Source: Torpedo marmorata (lineage: Eukaryota). Taken from it: a stretch of 64,000 nt of DNA. The translations under genes and the position numbers were made by a program. The DNA is taken from the NCBI GenBank assembly GCA_977017645.1, contig OZ360237.1, positions 9,114,001-9,178,000 on the forward strand. The letters run 5' to 3'. The notes under the pieces were generated by a model. The model ran no database searches and was not told the origin of the DNA. It was given only the letters and a program-made list of their open reading frames with translations. This document shows positions 52,898-64,000 of the stretch, in pieces. Every line of letters begins with the position of its first letter. Within the stretch, counting starts at the first letter, position 1.

Positions 52898-53166
52898 AAC
52901 AGTGTTGGCATTGAATGTCTCTTGTCAGAGATGATTATTGCCATGCACTTCAGAGGCGTAAATATTATATATCACTTATTAGTGCAAACCTTAGTCGTAA
53001 ATATCACTTATTAGTGCAAACCTTAGGCGTAAGTATTATATATCACTTATTAGTGCAAACCAGTGCAAACAGTATTGGCATTGAATGTCTCTTGTCAGAG
53101 ATGATTATTGCCATGCACTTCAGAGGCGTAAATATTATATATCACTTATTAGTGCAAACCTTAGTC
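52898..53166. repeat. Complex local tandem duplication (~100-bp unit twice, 22-bp sub-unit four times)
   Basis: AACAGT(G/A)TTGGCATTG...GCAAACCTTAGTC at 52898 and 53068. ATATCACTTATTAGTGCAAACC at ~52969, 53001, 53040 and 53139. Confidence 0.9.
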
Positions 53167-55861
53167 TAGTCCCCAAGCCATCTGAAATCGAATGAATAGA
53201 GTGTGCAGAATCCTGCTTAGTGCTTCAGTGGAGTTACATTGCAAGATTTGTAGTTTAACAAAGATCAAGTGATGAGGGCTTAACATCTAAATGACAGATA
53301 GGGTGATTGAACTTAAGTGAATTTTGTTCTGATATCAATATCCCAGCAAACCATGAGCCCTAATCTTTGCATTGGCCTGCATCTTCTGCCTCATTTTATT
53401 TTCCCACAGAGATCTTGGAGGTTTTTCTCCATCTCTCCCCATTGTCAGCTTTGAGAAGAGCAGGTAGACTACCAACATTCTTGACTCTATGGCTGGTGCT
53501 TACACATAAGTTATGGGTCTTGATATGCATTTTCAGATTCCCCGCAGCCTTCTCAAGATTTCATGCTGTTAAGTGGCTCTGATTGTACTGTTTCTAAGCA
53601 TTATTAATTAAATTCCAAAACAGGAGTTAAAGAAACCTCCAAAATTTCTACTATTAGAAGAATGCCACATGTTCTTTCAGAATTTTCACCACTAATCTAA
53701 GAATTTGAGCTAAGCTCTATTTTTACATTTTGGTTAATTGATACAACACTTTTCTTTCTCCTGGCAGGGTATAATGAAATTTAATTCAATACTATTGGCT
53801 CATGCTACTTTAATATGACTTTTAGTGCATAAAGATACCTGCAGCATAACCACAGAAATGAGAAAAGGTCACCAGTATTCCAGAGTTTAGATTGTCATTC
53901 TCTTCAAAGTGTGTTTGTTTATATTCTATAGATTTCCCTCTTCTCCTCTCATTACGTTGTTTCCCAAAGTTAAACAAACAATGGTTGCATGAGCGTTAAT
54001 TCTTTTTAGGAGCCCATTTCACACAATGGATTCTTTTGTGACAGCCTGTCTGCTGTGGAACAAAGACATAGTCAAAGATCAACTGAAGAGTTTTAGCATT
54101 AGTCTGCATATCTCAGCTACTTCAAGTGTGGGCTTGCTTTAGACAGGTGTGATGAGATACTATAGTTTTAAGGACATTTATATTTGTGATCCAAGTGAGA
54201 GCTATTCAAAAATTCCAACAGTGTAAACACATGCTGTAAATCAAATTCTAAAATAAGTTGTGCTTGCAAGACTTACCAAATGGATAATATGCATGTCAAA
54301 TATTCTTGTTTACATGTAAGCTTGAATTGAAAATCTCCATTACCTGACCCTAAAATATAAGCAATTTGTTCCTGTCAATGTACCACTCACTCACTTACAA
54401 TTTATGATAATCTCATTTATGCTCCTTCAAATAAGCCCAATACAAACAATTGCCCTCAAGGTTATATACATATATTATGAAATTCGTTGAAAGGTTCTCC
54501 TCGCCCAATGTAAGTAGGGTAATTGACTAATAATTTATTGTGGATACTTGAGGTTCAGGGGGCTTCACAATTGTTAACCTGTCCTTGTAAATATTACTGT
54601 TTATCACTAACATGGCAATGATCAAGTCAAAGCAAATCTATGCACAATTGGGGAAAAAACTGTCAGAAATCGATACCTTTTTGTGATATTTTTAATCTAA
54701 TTTCAGGATTCAAGCAAAAACTATAACCTGATGTTTAAAGTGGGCATCAATATTCTGTAACTGTAATTCTTAAATCTGCTTAAATGTTTTCCATTCAACT
54801 GTAGCACTATTTACAAAAGCATTGGGTCTACATGTTATTGTACAATATTAGACATCTATCACCATTTGGATGGAATTCCTGCCCACTACTTTATTAAAAC
54901 AAACCTCAAAAGAATTTCATGCAGCTGCATTATTGATTTAGTTCCTACTGTAGCATGGCAACATTCTAAAGTTTTGTGATTTTTAAAATTTTGCTGCGGT
55001 AGGTATCTGCACTTCTTGACTATTTTGGCAGTATTTGGAAAGAAGTTTATACATTTCTGCACATTTACTACCACATTATTCATCAATAAGCTGATAGCAA
55101 TGCACAAAATTCAGATTCTATATTATGATGCAGCACTCAAAAGGTTAAACATTGTTAGAACAACTGGAGCCTGGCAATTACAAAGTGATTGAATAGTTTT
55201 AGATATCAGAGGCATGCATGTGACTGTAGATAATTCAGACATGTCAGTACACACTGCAGGAGGGTGTAAAACCAAATGCCTTTTTCCTGCTTACTTAATC
55301 AAGAACAACAGAGTTTTGTATTTCAAATTCACTTCTAGAAAATATAAAAAGACTCTTTGCCAATCTACCCTTAAACATCTGATGATCTTAGTGTTGTGTC
55401 TGCAATGGCCATGAGCTATTTTGATGTTAACTATTATTTGAAAACACATTATGTGGCAGATGTCAGCCTGTGGCACAGAAGCTGCCTCCTGCCCATGGCA
55501 ACCCCACCCCCTTGCCACATTAAGCACCTCCATGTGTCATCTGGACACCCTTGCATTGTTATTTACCTCCCAACTTTGACATGATTTTGGTCTCCACCCC
55601 TCCCAAGCTTTACTGGCTCCCCAGACCTGCACCAGCCAAATGCAGTGTAAAATTGGACTTCCCAGTTATCTGAAAGACAGTTGCCAAACTGGAGGTCAAG
55701 GGGAGAAAACATCAAGTGAATTTATTTAAATTTTATTGATTTTATTTTAATCTTTTTCTCTTGACCATTGATCCAGACATTGTGAGTTTGAACCTCACCT
55801 GGACAGACATTAAAAAACTGTTAAAGAACTTTCCCGGCTTTGGCAAGAGTCAAAAAGTGCC

Positions 55862-56335
55862 TTTGAGGCAGTGCAGAGGAGGTTCACCAGGGTGATTCCA
55901 GAGATGAGGGGTTGGCCTATGAGGAGAGATTGAGTTGTATGGGACTGTACTCGCTGGAATTTAGAATGAGAGGGGATCTTTTAGAAACATAAAATTATGA
56001 AAGGCATAGATAAGATAGAGGTAGGTAAGTTGTTTCCATTGGTGGGGGAGACCAGAACTAGGGGACACAGCCTCAAGATTCAGGGTAGTAGATTTAGGAT
56101 GGAGATGAGGAGGAAGTGCTTTTCCTGGAGAGTGAATCTGTGAAATTCACTGCCCATTGAAGCAGTGGAGGCTACCTCAGTAAATATATTTAAGACAAGG
56201 TTAGATAGATTTTTACTTAGTAGGGGAATTAAGGGATATAGGGAAAATACAGATAGGTGGAGATGAGCCGATCATCAGATCAGCCAGGCTTGACAGGCTG
56301 GATGGCCTTCTCCTGCTCCTATTTCTTATGTTCTT
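55862..56335 (+). mobile_element. CR1 LINE 3' fragment
   Basis: EAVQRRFTRVIPEM..., tagaatgagaggggatct, and CR1 tail tggccttctcctgctcctatttcttatg. Confidence 0.88.
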
Positions 56336-57225
56336 TTTTTAATATATTTTATTTTTTCATTTTCACGAAAAGTCCACAATAAAAACAAAAAATATACAGT
56401 TTCCAATTATACACAACATTATTATTAAACTCTCCCTCCCTCCCCCCCAACTGAAAAGAAAAAACATTAAAAAAATAAAACATACAGAAGAAAAAGAAAA
56501 TAAAAAACTAAACGTACCGTCAGTGCTTACATTGATTTTTCAACCTTCTTGGAGACGTCACACCATTAAATATTTATACATTACATTGTACTGTACTTTA
56601 GTGTTTAAATTATAACTGGTCACCAATATACTCTAGGTATGGTTGCCACATCTTAACAAATATGTCATATTTATTCCTAAGATTATATGTGATTTTCTCC
56701 ACAGGAATACAGCTGCTCATTTCTGCTGAACATCGAGTGATAAGAAGGGGGGAGTTGGACTTCCAAGTGACTGCTATGCATTTTTTTGCTACGGACAAAG
56801 CAACTAGCACAAATTGAATTTGGAATTTAGTTAATTTGTAGCTTATGTCCATTAGATTTCCTAAGAGATACAACTCCAGGTCCAGTGGAAAGGCTACTCC
56901 TGTAATTCTGGTTAGTGTATTAGATATATCATACCAAAAGGGTCTTACCTTTGCACAGGACCAAGTGGAGTGCAGGAAAGTTCCAATTTCTCCACCACAT
57001 CTGAAACACATTTCCGATATTTTGGATTTTGATTTGTGTTACTTTTGTGGCGTGAGATATAGTTGGTGCAAGAAATTATACTGAACCAATCTGTATCTAA
57101 CATTAATAACCGTTGTCATAGTATTCCTACACCACTCCTGAATTGTCGTACCAGGTCCGACTCCCACCTCTCCCTCGATCTATGTATACCCGGCTTAGGG
57201 CTTTCGCCTTGGAGCACAAAGTACA
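56336..57225 (-). mobile_element. L1-clade LINE 3' fragment inserted in the CR1 tail
   Basis: ORF 56610-57011(-) CFRC..GTFLHSTWSC...AKKCIAVTWK is homologous to 29750-31180. 17-bp TSD CTATTTCTTATG(T/C)TCTT at 56319-56335 and 57226-57242. Confidence 0.92.
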
Positions 57226-57344
57226 CTATTTCTTATGCTCTTAAGTCTCCATCCCCAACCTGTCTTCTACCAAAGACAGGTGCCCCAGGGTATGATGGCC
57301 TATGCTGTATGTTAAGCCTCACTGGATTTCATTGGTCATCTCCC

Positions 57345-57497
57345 AAGTCTGACGCTTGCCTGCTTTTTGTTCATACCTTGACGAAACATTGGTTATATAT
57401 CTTTGCTATAAAGAATGCTGTGTGATCTGCTGAGTTTCTCCAGCACTTTTGGGTATTAATCTACAATCACAGCATCTGCAGACTTTTTTGTTTAACT
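57345..57497 (+). repeat. Penelope terminal-repeat fragment (hammerhead stem II deleted)
   Basis: cataccttgacgaaacattggttat...tgctgagtttctccagca...catctgcagact is the reverse-orientation homologue of 13873-14030. Confidence 0.75.
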
Positions 57498-57889
57498 CTA
57501 TATCAATCTAATAGTTTATTTTTTCCTTTCTACTAGTTTTAAATTTTCACTGCATTCCTCTGATTGTTTGATATTGTGTTAGCATAGTATCTACAAATGT
57601 TCAAAGAAGTGGCTGAAATGTCATCAATACCATTTCTCCAACTCTGCAGGTGGTCTGCTCATTCAGCAAAGGCCATAAGGAGAACAGATGATGACTGAGT
57701 TGTGACCTATGAATCGGTGAATTGCAGGGGTGGATTGTCCAGTGTAATGTTTGGAGCTGGGGGAGAGTGGTTTATGGTTTGCGAATAACATGTCGGTGGG
57801 AGGGTAGCAATGCATGGGCCTGGAGATGGAGATTCCACTGGTGGAGCTCAACTAGTTCCTGAGCTGCAGTGGTTTAGGAACTAGTCAAG

Positions 57890-58200
57890 AGCCAGAATTC
57901 TGGACCACTGATCCAGTAAACACGTCTGCAGATGGAATGCTTAAATTCAAATAACTAAATAAATCTAGCCTTTAAAAAGTAATGATTGCCTTAAAAAAGA
58001 AGTGAATACAAAACAATTATTTTGTCATAAAAATTCCAGTAACCTTCAGGGAATGAAATCTGTCATAAAGTCTGATCTGAAAATGACTCCAGGCACATTG
58101 AGATGATTGATTCTTAAAAGTTTTTCTCAGTTTAGGAGCAATTATGGCCTGACAATAAATGTTGACCACATCCCGTGAACAAATACATTTAAAAAAAAAT
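57890..58200 (+). mobile_element. Ancient Deu-domain SINE (SacSINE1/AmnSINE-like)
   Basis: aaattcaaataactaaataaatct...cttcagggaatgaaatctgtc...gactccagg...caataaatgttgacc.acatcccgtgaacaaat, followed by an A tail. Resembles the recalled Deu core and tail. Confidence 0.6.
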
Positions 58201-59748
58201 CCAACTCACAGCAAAAGTATCACTTCCTTCCATGTCATCTTCATTATGAATACTATCTTACAAAGTTAAATGGGAGCAATGACAGACTAATTATAATTGT
58301 TTACGAAATGTGGTGCCGTAAATTGTACTTGTTTACATAGCATCAGAGTACAGCTTTGAGAAATGATTTTTTTTTTACTGCATGCTTCTGGGATGTGTCT
58401 TAATTGCAGGGAGCACAGGTTAAGACCTTGGACATGTGCTCCACATGACTTTGTGTCCATTAAAATCATTGGGTGGGAAATGATGGCAATCATGTGCCTG
58501 ATATTTTGGGTATGCTTTGCCAACAGGTGAAACTCTAGTAGAAAATCTCAAATTCATAAGATTGGATTTTTTTATTGCAGTATTTATTCCGCTTCAGAAT
58601 TTGGCTTGTCTTAGGTTCTCTGTGCTGTCTATTTTTACATAAAACTCAGTTGCTATCTAGTATCCAGTGATGAATGATAGATTATAATTACACATTGCAT
58701 CAATGCAATTAAAATTATGGAGCTAGGGAGGCAATGTTATTCTAAGTTGGTAATCGTTGATAGGTGAGAAACTGAACCTAGGGTTATATCAGGACATTAT
58801 GAGACATTCCTTTTCCTTCATCAATGAAAAATGCTTGAAAACATGTCAAATATCAAGTACCATAATGAAAAAAGAAAGCCCATTCCACCCCCCCCCCCCC
58901 CCACTTTCCCCACTTCAGCTTTCTTCAGAGAGAGATGTTGTGACATGACTGGATGGATAGGAGTAAGAATGGTTATTTAACACCAAGACAGGATTTATTG
59001 ACTTTTGTGTATAATGAAAAGTATTAAAATGTTCATTTCAGCTTAGCTGAAAGGAGCTGTTCTGGCATTGCAATCTTTGCTTGTGAAACATGGTTAGGCT
59101 TACAAACCTGAAGGAGCAACTTCATTAGATTAGAGAGCCTTTTGAATTAGTGTCAAGAATGCAGCAATTTAACATTGAGCTGAACCTGAACTTGCAGCTT
59201 GCTTTAGCTCATCAAACTGTCTGTCAGTAATACTCAGTCCTGACACACTGAACAATATTCTCGTGCCAAAACCGATCTGCATGTTCATTTTCCAAGGGTC
59301 CCGCCACACAAAGAACAATGCACTTAACTACCTAAAGATAGCAGGAATCTGATGGTTCAACATATTGTGAAATGGAAGACTAAAGTTTGCACATTTATGT
59401 ATGCGCATTAGAATATTTATTCTGCTAAAAGAATGTCAATCAGAAAGCAATAGCACTGGGGATATCATAAATTTCTAAACTGATCCTGAGGAACAGACAC
59501 AAGCTGTCATGTTTAAACTAGCATTTCACTGCTGGGGTAATGGATGCCTTCATCTGGCCCAGCAGTCAGCAGATTGTCCTGTGTTGATGGATACTGTCAG
59601 CTGAATGCTACACTAGATTTCACCGGACAATAAACATGGCTTTCCAAGTCCATGCAAAGTGAAATCAATTTATCCTGTATGCTTGGTGCATGCTAAATGA
59701 AATTAATGTACTGTGTTGCTCTCTTTTCTTCCTGCTCCGGTGTTTCAG

Positions 59749-59982
59749 GGAGTAATGCAATGAATGGGTCTCCAGCTAAACTACAGCAGTATTATTGTTG
59801 GCCAACAGGAAGCACTACAGTGACGGAGGCACGGGTCTACAGAGAAACCAGGGGTCGCAGCAACAACGAGCCACATATCAAACGACCAATGAACGCTTTT
59901 ATGGTGTGGGCAAAAGATGAACGCAGGAAGATACTGCAAGCATTTCCAGACATGCATAATTCAAACATCAGCAAGATTCTGG
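59749..59982 (+). CDS. SOX6: SOX6 coding exon with N-terminal part of HMG box ([21 protein letters not shown]...[38 protein letters not shown])
   Basis: Acceptor tgtttcAG (59747-59748) and donor GTgagt at 59983. 234 nt, phase 1 to 1. The SoxD HMG signature starts at ~59871. [11 protein letters not shown] is SOX6-specific. The next exon lies beyond the window. Confidence 0.97.
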
Positions 59983-61189
59983 GTGAGTAATTGGAGGAAA
60001 TCTTTCAAACAATACTTTGGATCCCATTTACCCCCTTCCTTTGACTACATATTGCCCAACCAATGTAAAATTATTGTAACACAAATAAAGTCAAAAGCAT
60101 CAACACATGGAGTAAAATATGAGCCAGAATTCCAATAGTTAATTCTAAGAAACTGACTTCCAGGAACCTAGTAATCTACATTTATTAATAATCATTTAGC
60201 ATTTATGAATAATTATGTAGCATTTCAATAGACTTGTTGCACATCTCAAGAATGTTGACTGAACGTTCCTGTTGCCATTGTGTTGGTGTTCTGTCCAAAT
60301 ACCATGCTGTCCTTCCACTGAAAACCATGCCCTTATTTTCAGAGTGGCTGGATAGTCTCATGGGCTGGAGTTTTGTTACAGTTCCATCAATTGTCTGGCA
60401 AAAGATCCACTGAATTCTTTGAAAAGTGCAAAATGCTAAAATCGACCTGTTCTTCTCAAGTCAACTTAAATGGTTTTTTTTTGTGAGTTGGGTAATTGAG
60501 CAGAAAAAGAACAATAGGGCTAAATGCAAATGTAATGGGAAGAAAAGCATAATCTTTATATTTTGGAAAGGTGTAAAAATGACATGCTGTGCATGTGCGC
60601 AGAATATTGCATGGTATGGATAATCTACTTGGTTTCAGTGAAGTGAGTCAAGTTAAAAAGATCATAAGACGTGGAAAATAGTGAAAAAATTGGTTTTGAA
60701 TAGATATCAGGAAGAATAGATATCAGGAAGAATTTTATTCACTCAAAACATAGAAAAGATTAACAATAATCTATAAGATAATAAAGGAAAGCATGATGTT
60801 ATATACATTTTTGTTGACTATTCACATTTTAATTTGCGACAGAGTGAAGTCTCAGAGACAGTAAGAGGCAGTTCGGTGTGAATGTCTTCATAGTCTAAAA
60901 ATGATATAATTGTGTTATGTTGTGAGAGAGAAGGATGATGCAGAAAAATTGAAACATATTTGTCTGCAGTATTGTTTTACACAGTGAGTACAGTACTAAT
61001 GTTGGTTACCATTGTACTCCTTGTTCCTTTTTTCTCCAGTTGACTTCCACAAAAGCGCCCCATTCCCCTCCCTGTCTCTCCCCATCCACCCAAGCAGGTT
61101 AAATCCTGTTTTACCTCAATATTGGAGGTAAAATGTTAACTGATGATTATAAACTGAACTGTTTATTTTTTCATTCAATCTTTAAAAAA

Positions 61190-62010
61190 CATGGCATCGC
61201 TGCCGGAGCTGCTGTAACAGCAGCACTGCTGCTGGCATGGACCTGGGAGAGCAGAGACATAGCGCTGCTCCGAAAGCTTCAACAGCCCGGTCTTAATGCA
61301 GATGGCTCTGTGCAGGCATTAAACGGCCTGTTAGAGGAGCTGATGGTGTTTTTAAACTAAAATTCTCCACCATGGGTCTGTGCCCAAGATGGCAGCACCT
61401 GTGCTCGGCAGCAGCCATGAGGGGTTGCAGACTCCGGGGAGTAATGGACTGGCGCAAGGCACCAGAAACGGGGAGAAAACACCCCAGTTGAGAAGGAAAA
61501 GCAGAGGAGATGACCATACAGGACGGTGACCATGGCGGCGGATCAGCGAGGTGCTCAGCGGCTGAGGACCCACACAGGGGGCGGGCGACTTGCGGTCGGG
61601 GGACTCGCACGGGCTTTGGGCTGCTGGAGACTGGCTCATGGGAACCAGGTATTGGAGCCAGGATTCGAGAGGGTGCTGAGGACAAGAAGGGCTCCCAAAG
61701 GGCCTCAGGCGCTGAAGGCTTCCTGATGGTGTCAGAACTTTGGAACTGTAGCTCGGGTTGCCAATGGATCGAACAGGAGTCTGTTCAGCTGCAGAGGCTG
61801 CGACTCCATGAAGGCTGGAGGTGAATCCATGGAGACTCAATGTCTCTGAAGGGACTCTCTTTTGCTTCTCTTTCTTTCTTACTGTAAGGTGCATCGGGCA
61901 ACACTAATATCAACTCTTTGTCTGCCTTATGGCAGGCAGAAAGCAATTTTGTGTAATATTACGCTATGTACTATTATTACACGATAATTAAAGGAATCTT
62001 GGATCTTAAT
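61190..62010 (+). mobile_element. GC-rich non-coding retroposon with Rex1/Babar-like tail (copy 2, more CpG-decayed)
   Basis: Shares cccaagatggcagc, ggcagcagcca.gagggg.tgcagactccgggg and tgtctgcctt..ggcaggca with 44455-45241. Ends ggaatcttggatctt. Confidence 0.75.
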
Positions 62011-64000
62011 TGGCTAATGAGTGCAAATTTTGGTAATTTTGGAGCTTTATTTTAATATATTAATTGTACCTTAATACAATTGTAAAGGCTTCATTTTACA
62101 AAACCATATTTTATGTACTGAATTAGCTACACTTGTCTTGCTACAGACAAAGCCATCAGCCTTATGACAAAATGGCTAAATGTAACCTTGAGTGAGATTA
62201 TTGTTTGGTTTGAGGAATGGACATGAAAGGGATGGTTATTGTGAATGGTATTTAGATTCAGAAACACAGGCATTCACACTATCTACAAGACTCTTAATAG
62301 GAATGAATAGTGATCAGAGAATGCAATCAAATCTCCAGACACTTGGATTCCCCTGTCTCAGACAAGATGGCTTACATTTGAAACATTTTCATTGTGAATT
62401 CAAGTGTTGTGAATGGTTGAGATGGATACCATCTGAAGTGGAAGGGCATCACTGTGGGGAGTGTGAGCCGGACACGAGCGCAGTATTGCGTCCTGCTGAC
62501 AAAGCTGGTGGCATTACTTGTGATTTAAAAAGAAAATTCCCTATGCAGCCACTGCCAGATCAGCAGTTTATTATCAGTGTCGAGGATAAAAACACAGCTC
62601 CAAGGTTCAAGTAACAAGTGAGAAACAGATGGATTTTTTTCCAGGTTGCAGCTGGATACAGTCATTTTTGAATTTATAATATTTCTTTAATAACTTAACA
62701 TACAGTTTGTGTACTTCACCTATTTAACTTACTCTGTAATAAAATGAGCTGTCCCTCATGGACACGTCTTGATTGCTATTTGTGCAATATTGACATAGTT
62801 TAATTGAATACTGATTGATCATCAACTCCTCCATACTGCAACCTCAATTGGTAGTGACTTGGAGTCATTATTATGTAATTTATTAATTGGTTAAATAAAG
62901 GAATGTTTAACTCTTTTACACATTTTAAGCTATATCCATTTTTGTGCTGATCCATTAATTGTAAGTAGTTAACTAATATAAAGGATATGTTTCTTAAATA
63001 TTCAAGTCCCTCCAATACTTTTGATTTATTTATTTCATATTTGCAATATTCATTGGAAATGAACATCAATTCATTTCATTCAATTGAATATTTATTATTC
63101 AAACAAATGATATCTTTCATATATTTTGTTTTTCAACATTTATTAATAAAGTAATCTCAGAAAAAAGTAGGGGCAAGTTAACTCTTTCTGCCCCAATATA
63201 GTGAATTGCTCTAATGTACAGATTGTCTGAGATGTGGCTGGATGTAAAAATGAATTCTTTGTGCATTTCTATTAAATAATAGATTTGTTGAAGTATGGAT
63301 TAATTGTTGTGTCTATTGCATTAAAATTAACATGAAGTAGCTCTGCTAAAGTAAATAGTGCTGGAAATCCATAGCATCATAACTACAGTGACTGTATTAA
63401 AAGAATTAAATTGGCTTAATTTCACATACTGTGTTAAAAATCTCATTTTAATAAAAGTTCACTCAAATATTCAAACAATTGCTCCATACAAATTTTCATC
63501 TTTAACTTTTTAGTCGAGACATCTTCATAAAATTTGCATTTTTAATGTTTTCACAAAGTCTGAGATTGTCATACCTCCCTTTATTTTTTTTGAAAAATCT
63601 AAGACTAGGATCATATAAAGAAACTCTTGATCAGGCCCAGTTAAATCCAGTTCTGCTATCTCTAATTATTCCAAATCCATGGTTGATTAAATTAAAAAAT
63701 GTTAGAACATCGAGCAACCTGTGAGCACTTTAAAACCCCAGTGTAATGACTGAATTTGTGATGGATGCACGTGGTTATATTGGTTTTGTTTAGATTGAGC
63801 AATTAAATAAATGGGATATGAGACACAGATTTGTCACTTTGTTAGTTTTATTCCCAATTTATAGAATCCTTAATCAAAAATCAACACTTAAAAGCATTAT
63901 CAGCAGTGTGCAATTCTCAGAACCAGATGCAACAGCCAGGTAGTTCTAAAACTAGTGATGAGTTCATATTTTGGAGCCATCCAATGCAATACAAGTATTG

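Noticed and set aside
52898-53166. Repeat-spacer-like pattern resembling a CRISPR array
   Set aside because: The sequences between repeats are copies of each other or of the flank, lengths are irregular, there are no cas genes and the context is a vertebrate intron. It is a tandem duplication.
1995-59982. Identification as SOX5 or SOX13
   Set aside because: The HMG box is shared among SoxD genes, but [25 protein letters not shown] and [11 protein letters not shown] match SOX6.
60698-60731. 16-bp direct duplication GAATAGATATCAGGAA, and a small palindrome at ~19991-20009
   Set aside because: Ordinary slippage or chance-level features with no supporting context.

Overview
Vertebrate nuclear DNA, most likely a cartilaginous fish (inferred from HE1/V-SINEs, a SacSINE1-like SINE, esterase-ORF1 CR1 LINEs and Penelope termini typical of sharks and rays). 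The whole window lies inside the SoxD transcription-factor gene SOX6 on the + strand. Four internal coding exons (1995-2175, 7064-7245, 41365-41473, 59749-59982) have canonical AG/GT boundaries and compatible phases (0-1, 1-0, 0-1, 1-1). They encode the PLNLS CtBP motif, the second coiled-coil, the SOX6-specific PGVIDLT segment and the first part of the HMG box. The introns carry many transposable elements, often nested: CR1, L1, Rex1/Babar, Penelope (GIY-YIG, with minimal hammerhead-ribozyme motifs), V-SINEs, a 5S-rRNA-derived SINE, a GC-rich non-coding retroposon family, hAT and Tc1/mariner-pogo MITEs, and a Chapaev3 derivative. There are no prokaryotic-type systems, and I cannot claim a wholly new system. 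The best leads are: the C3U hammerhead variant in Penelope termini; the 5S-headed and GC-rich retroposons that share a Rex1/Babar-like tail; an in-frame alternative acceptor in the HMG exon; and several exactly resolvable nested insertions. Family names come from recalled motifs, not from database searches. Boundaries of old repeats are approximate.
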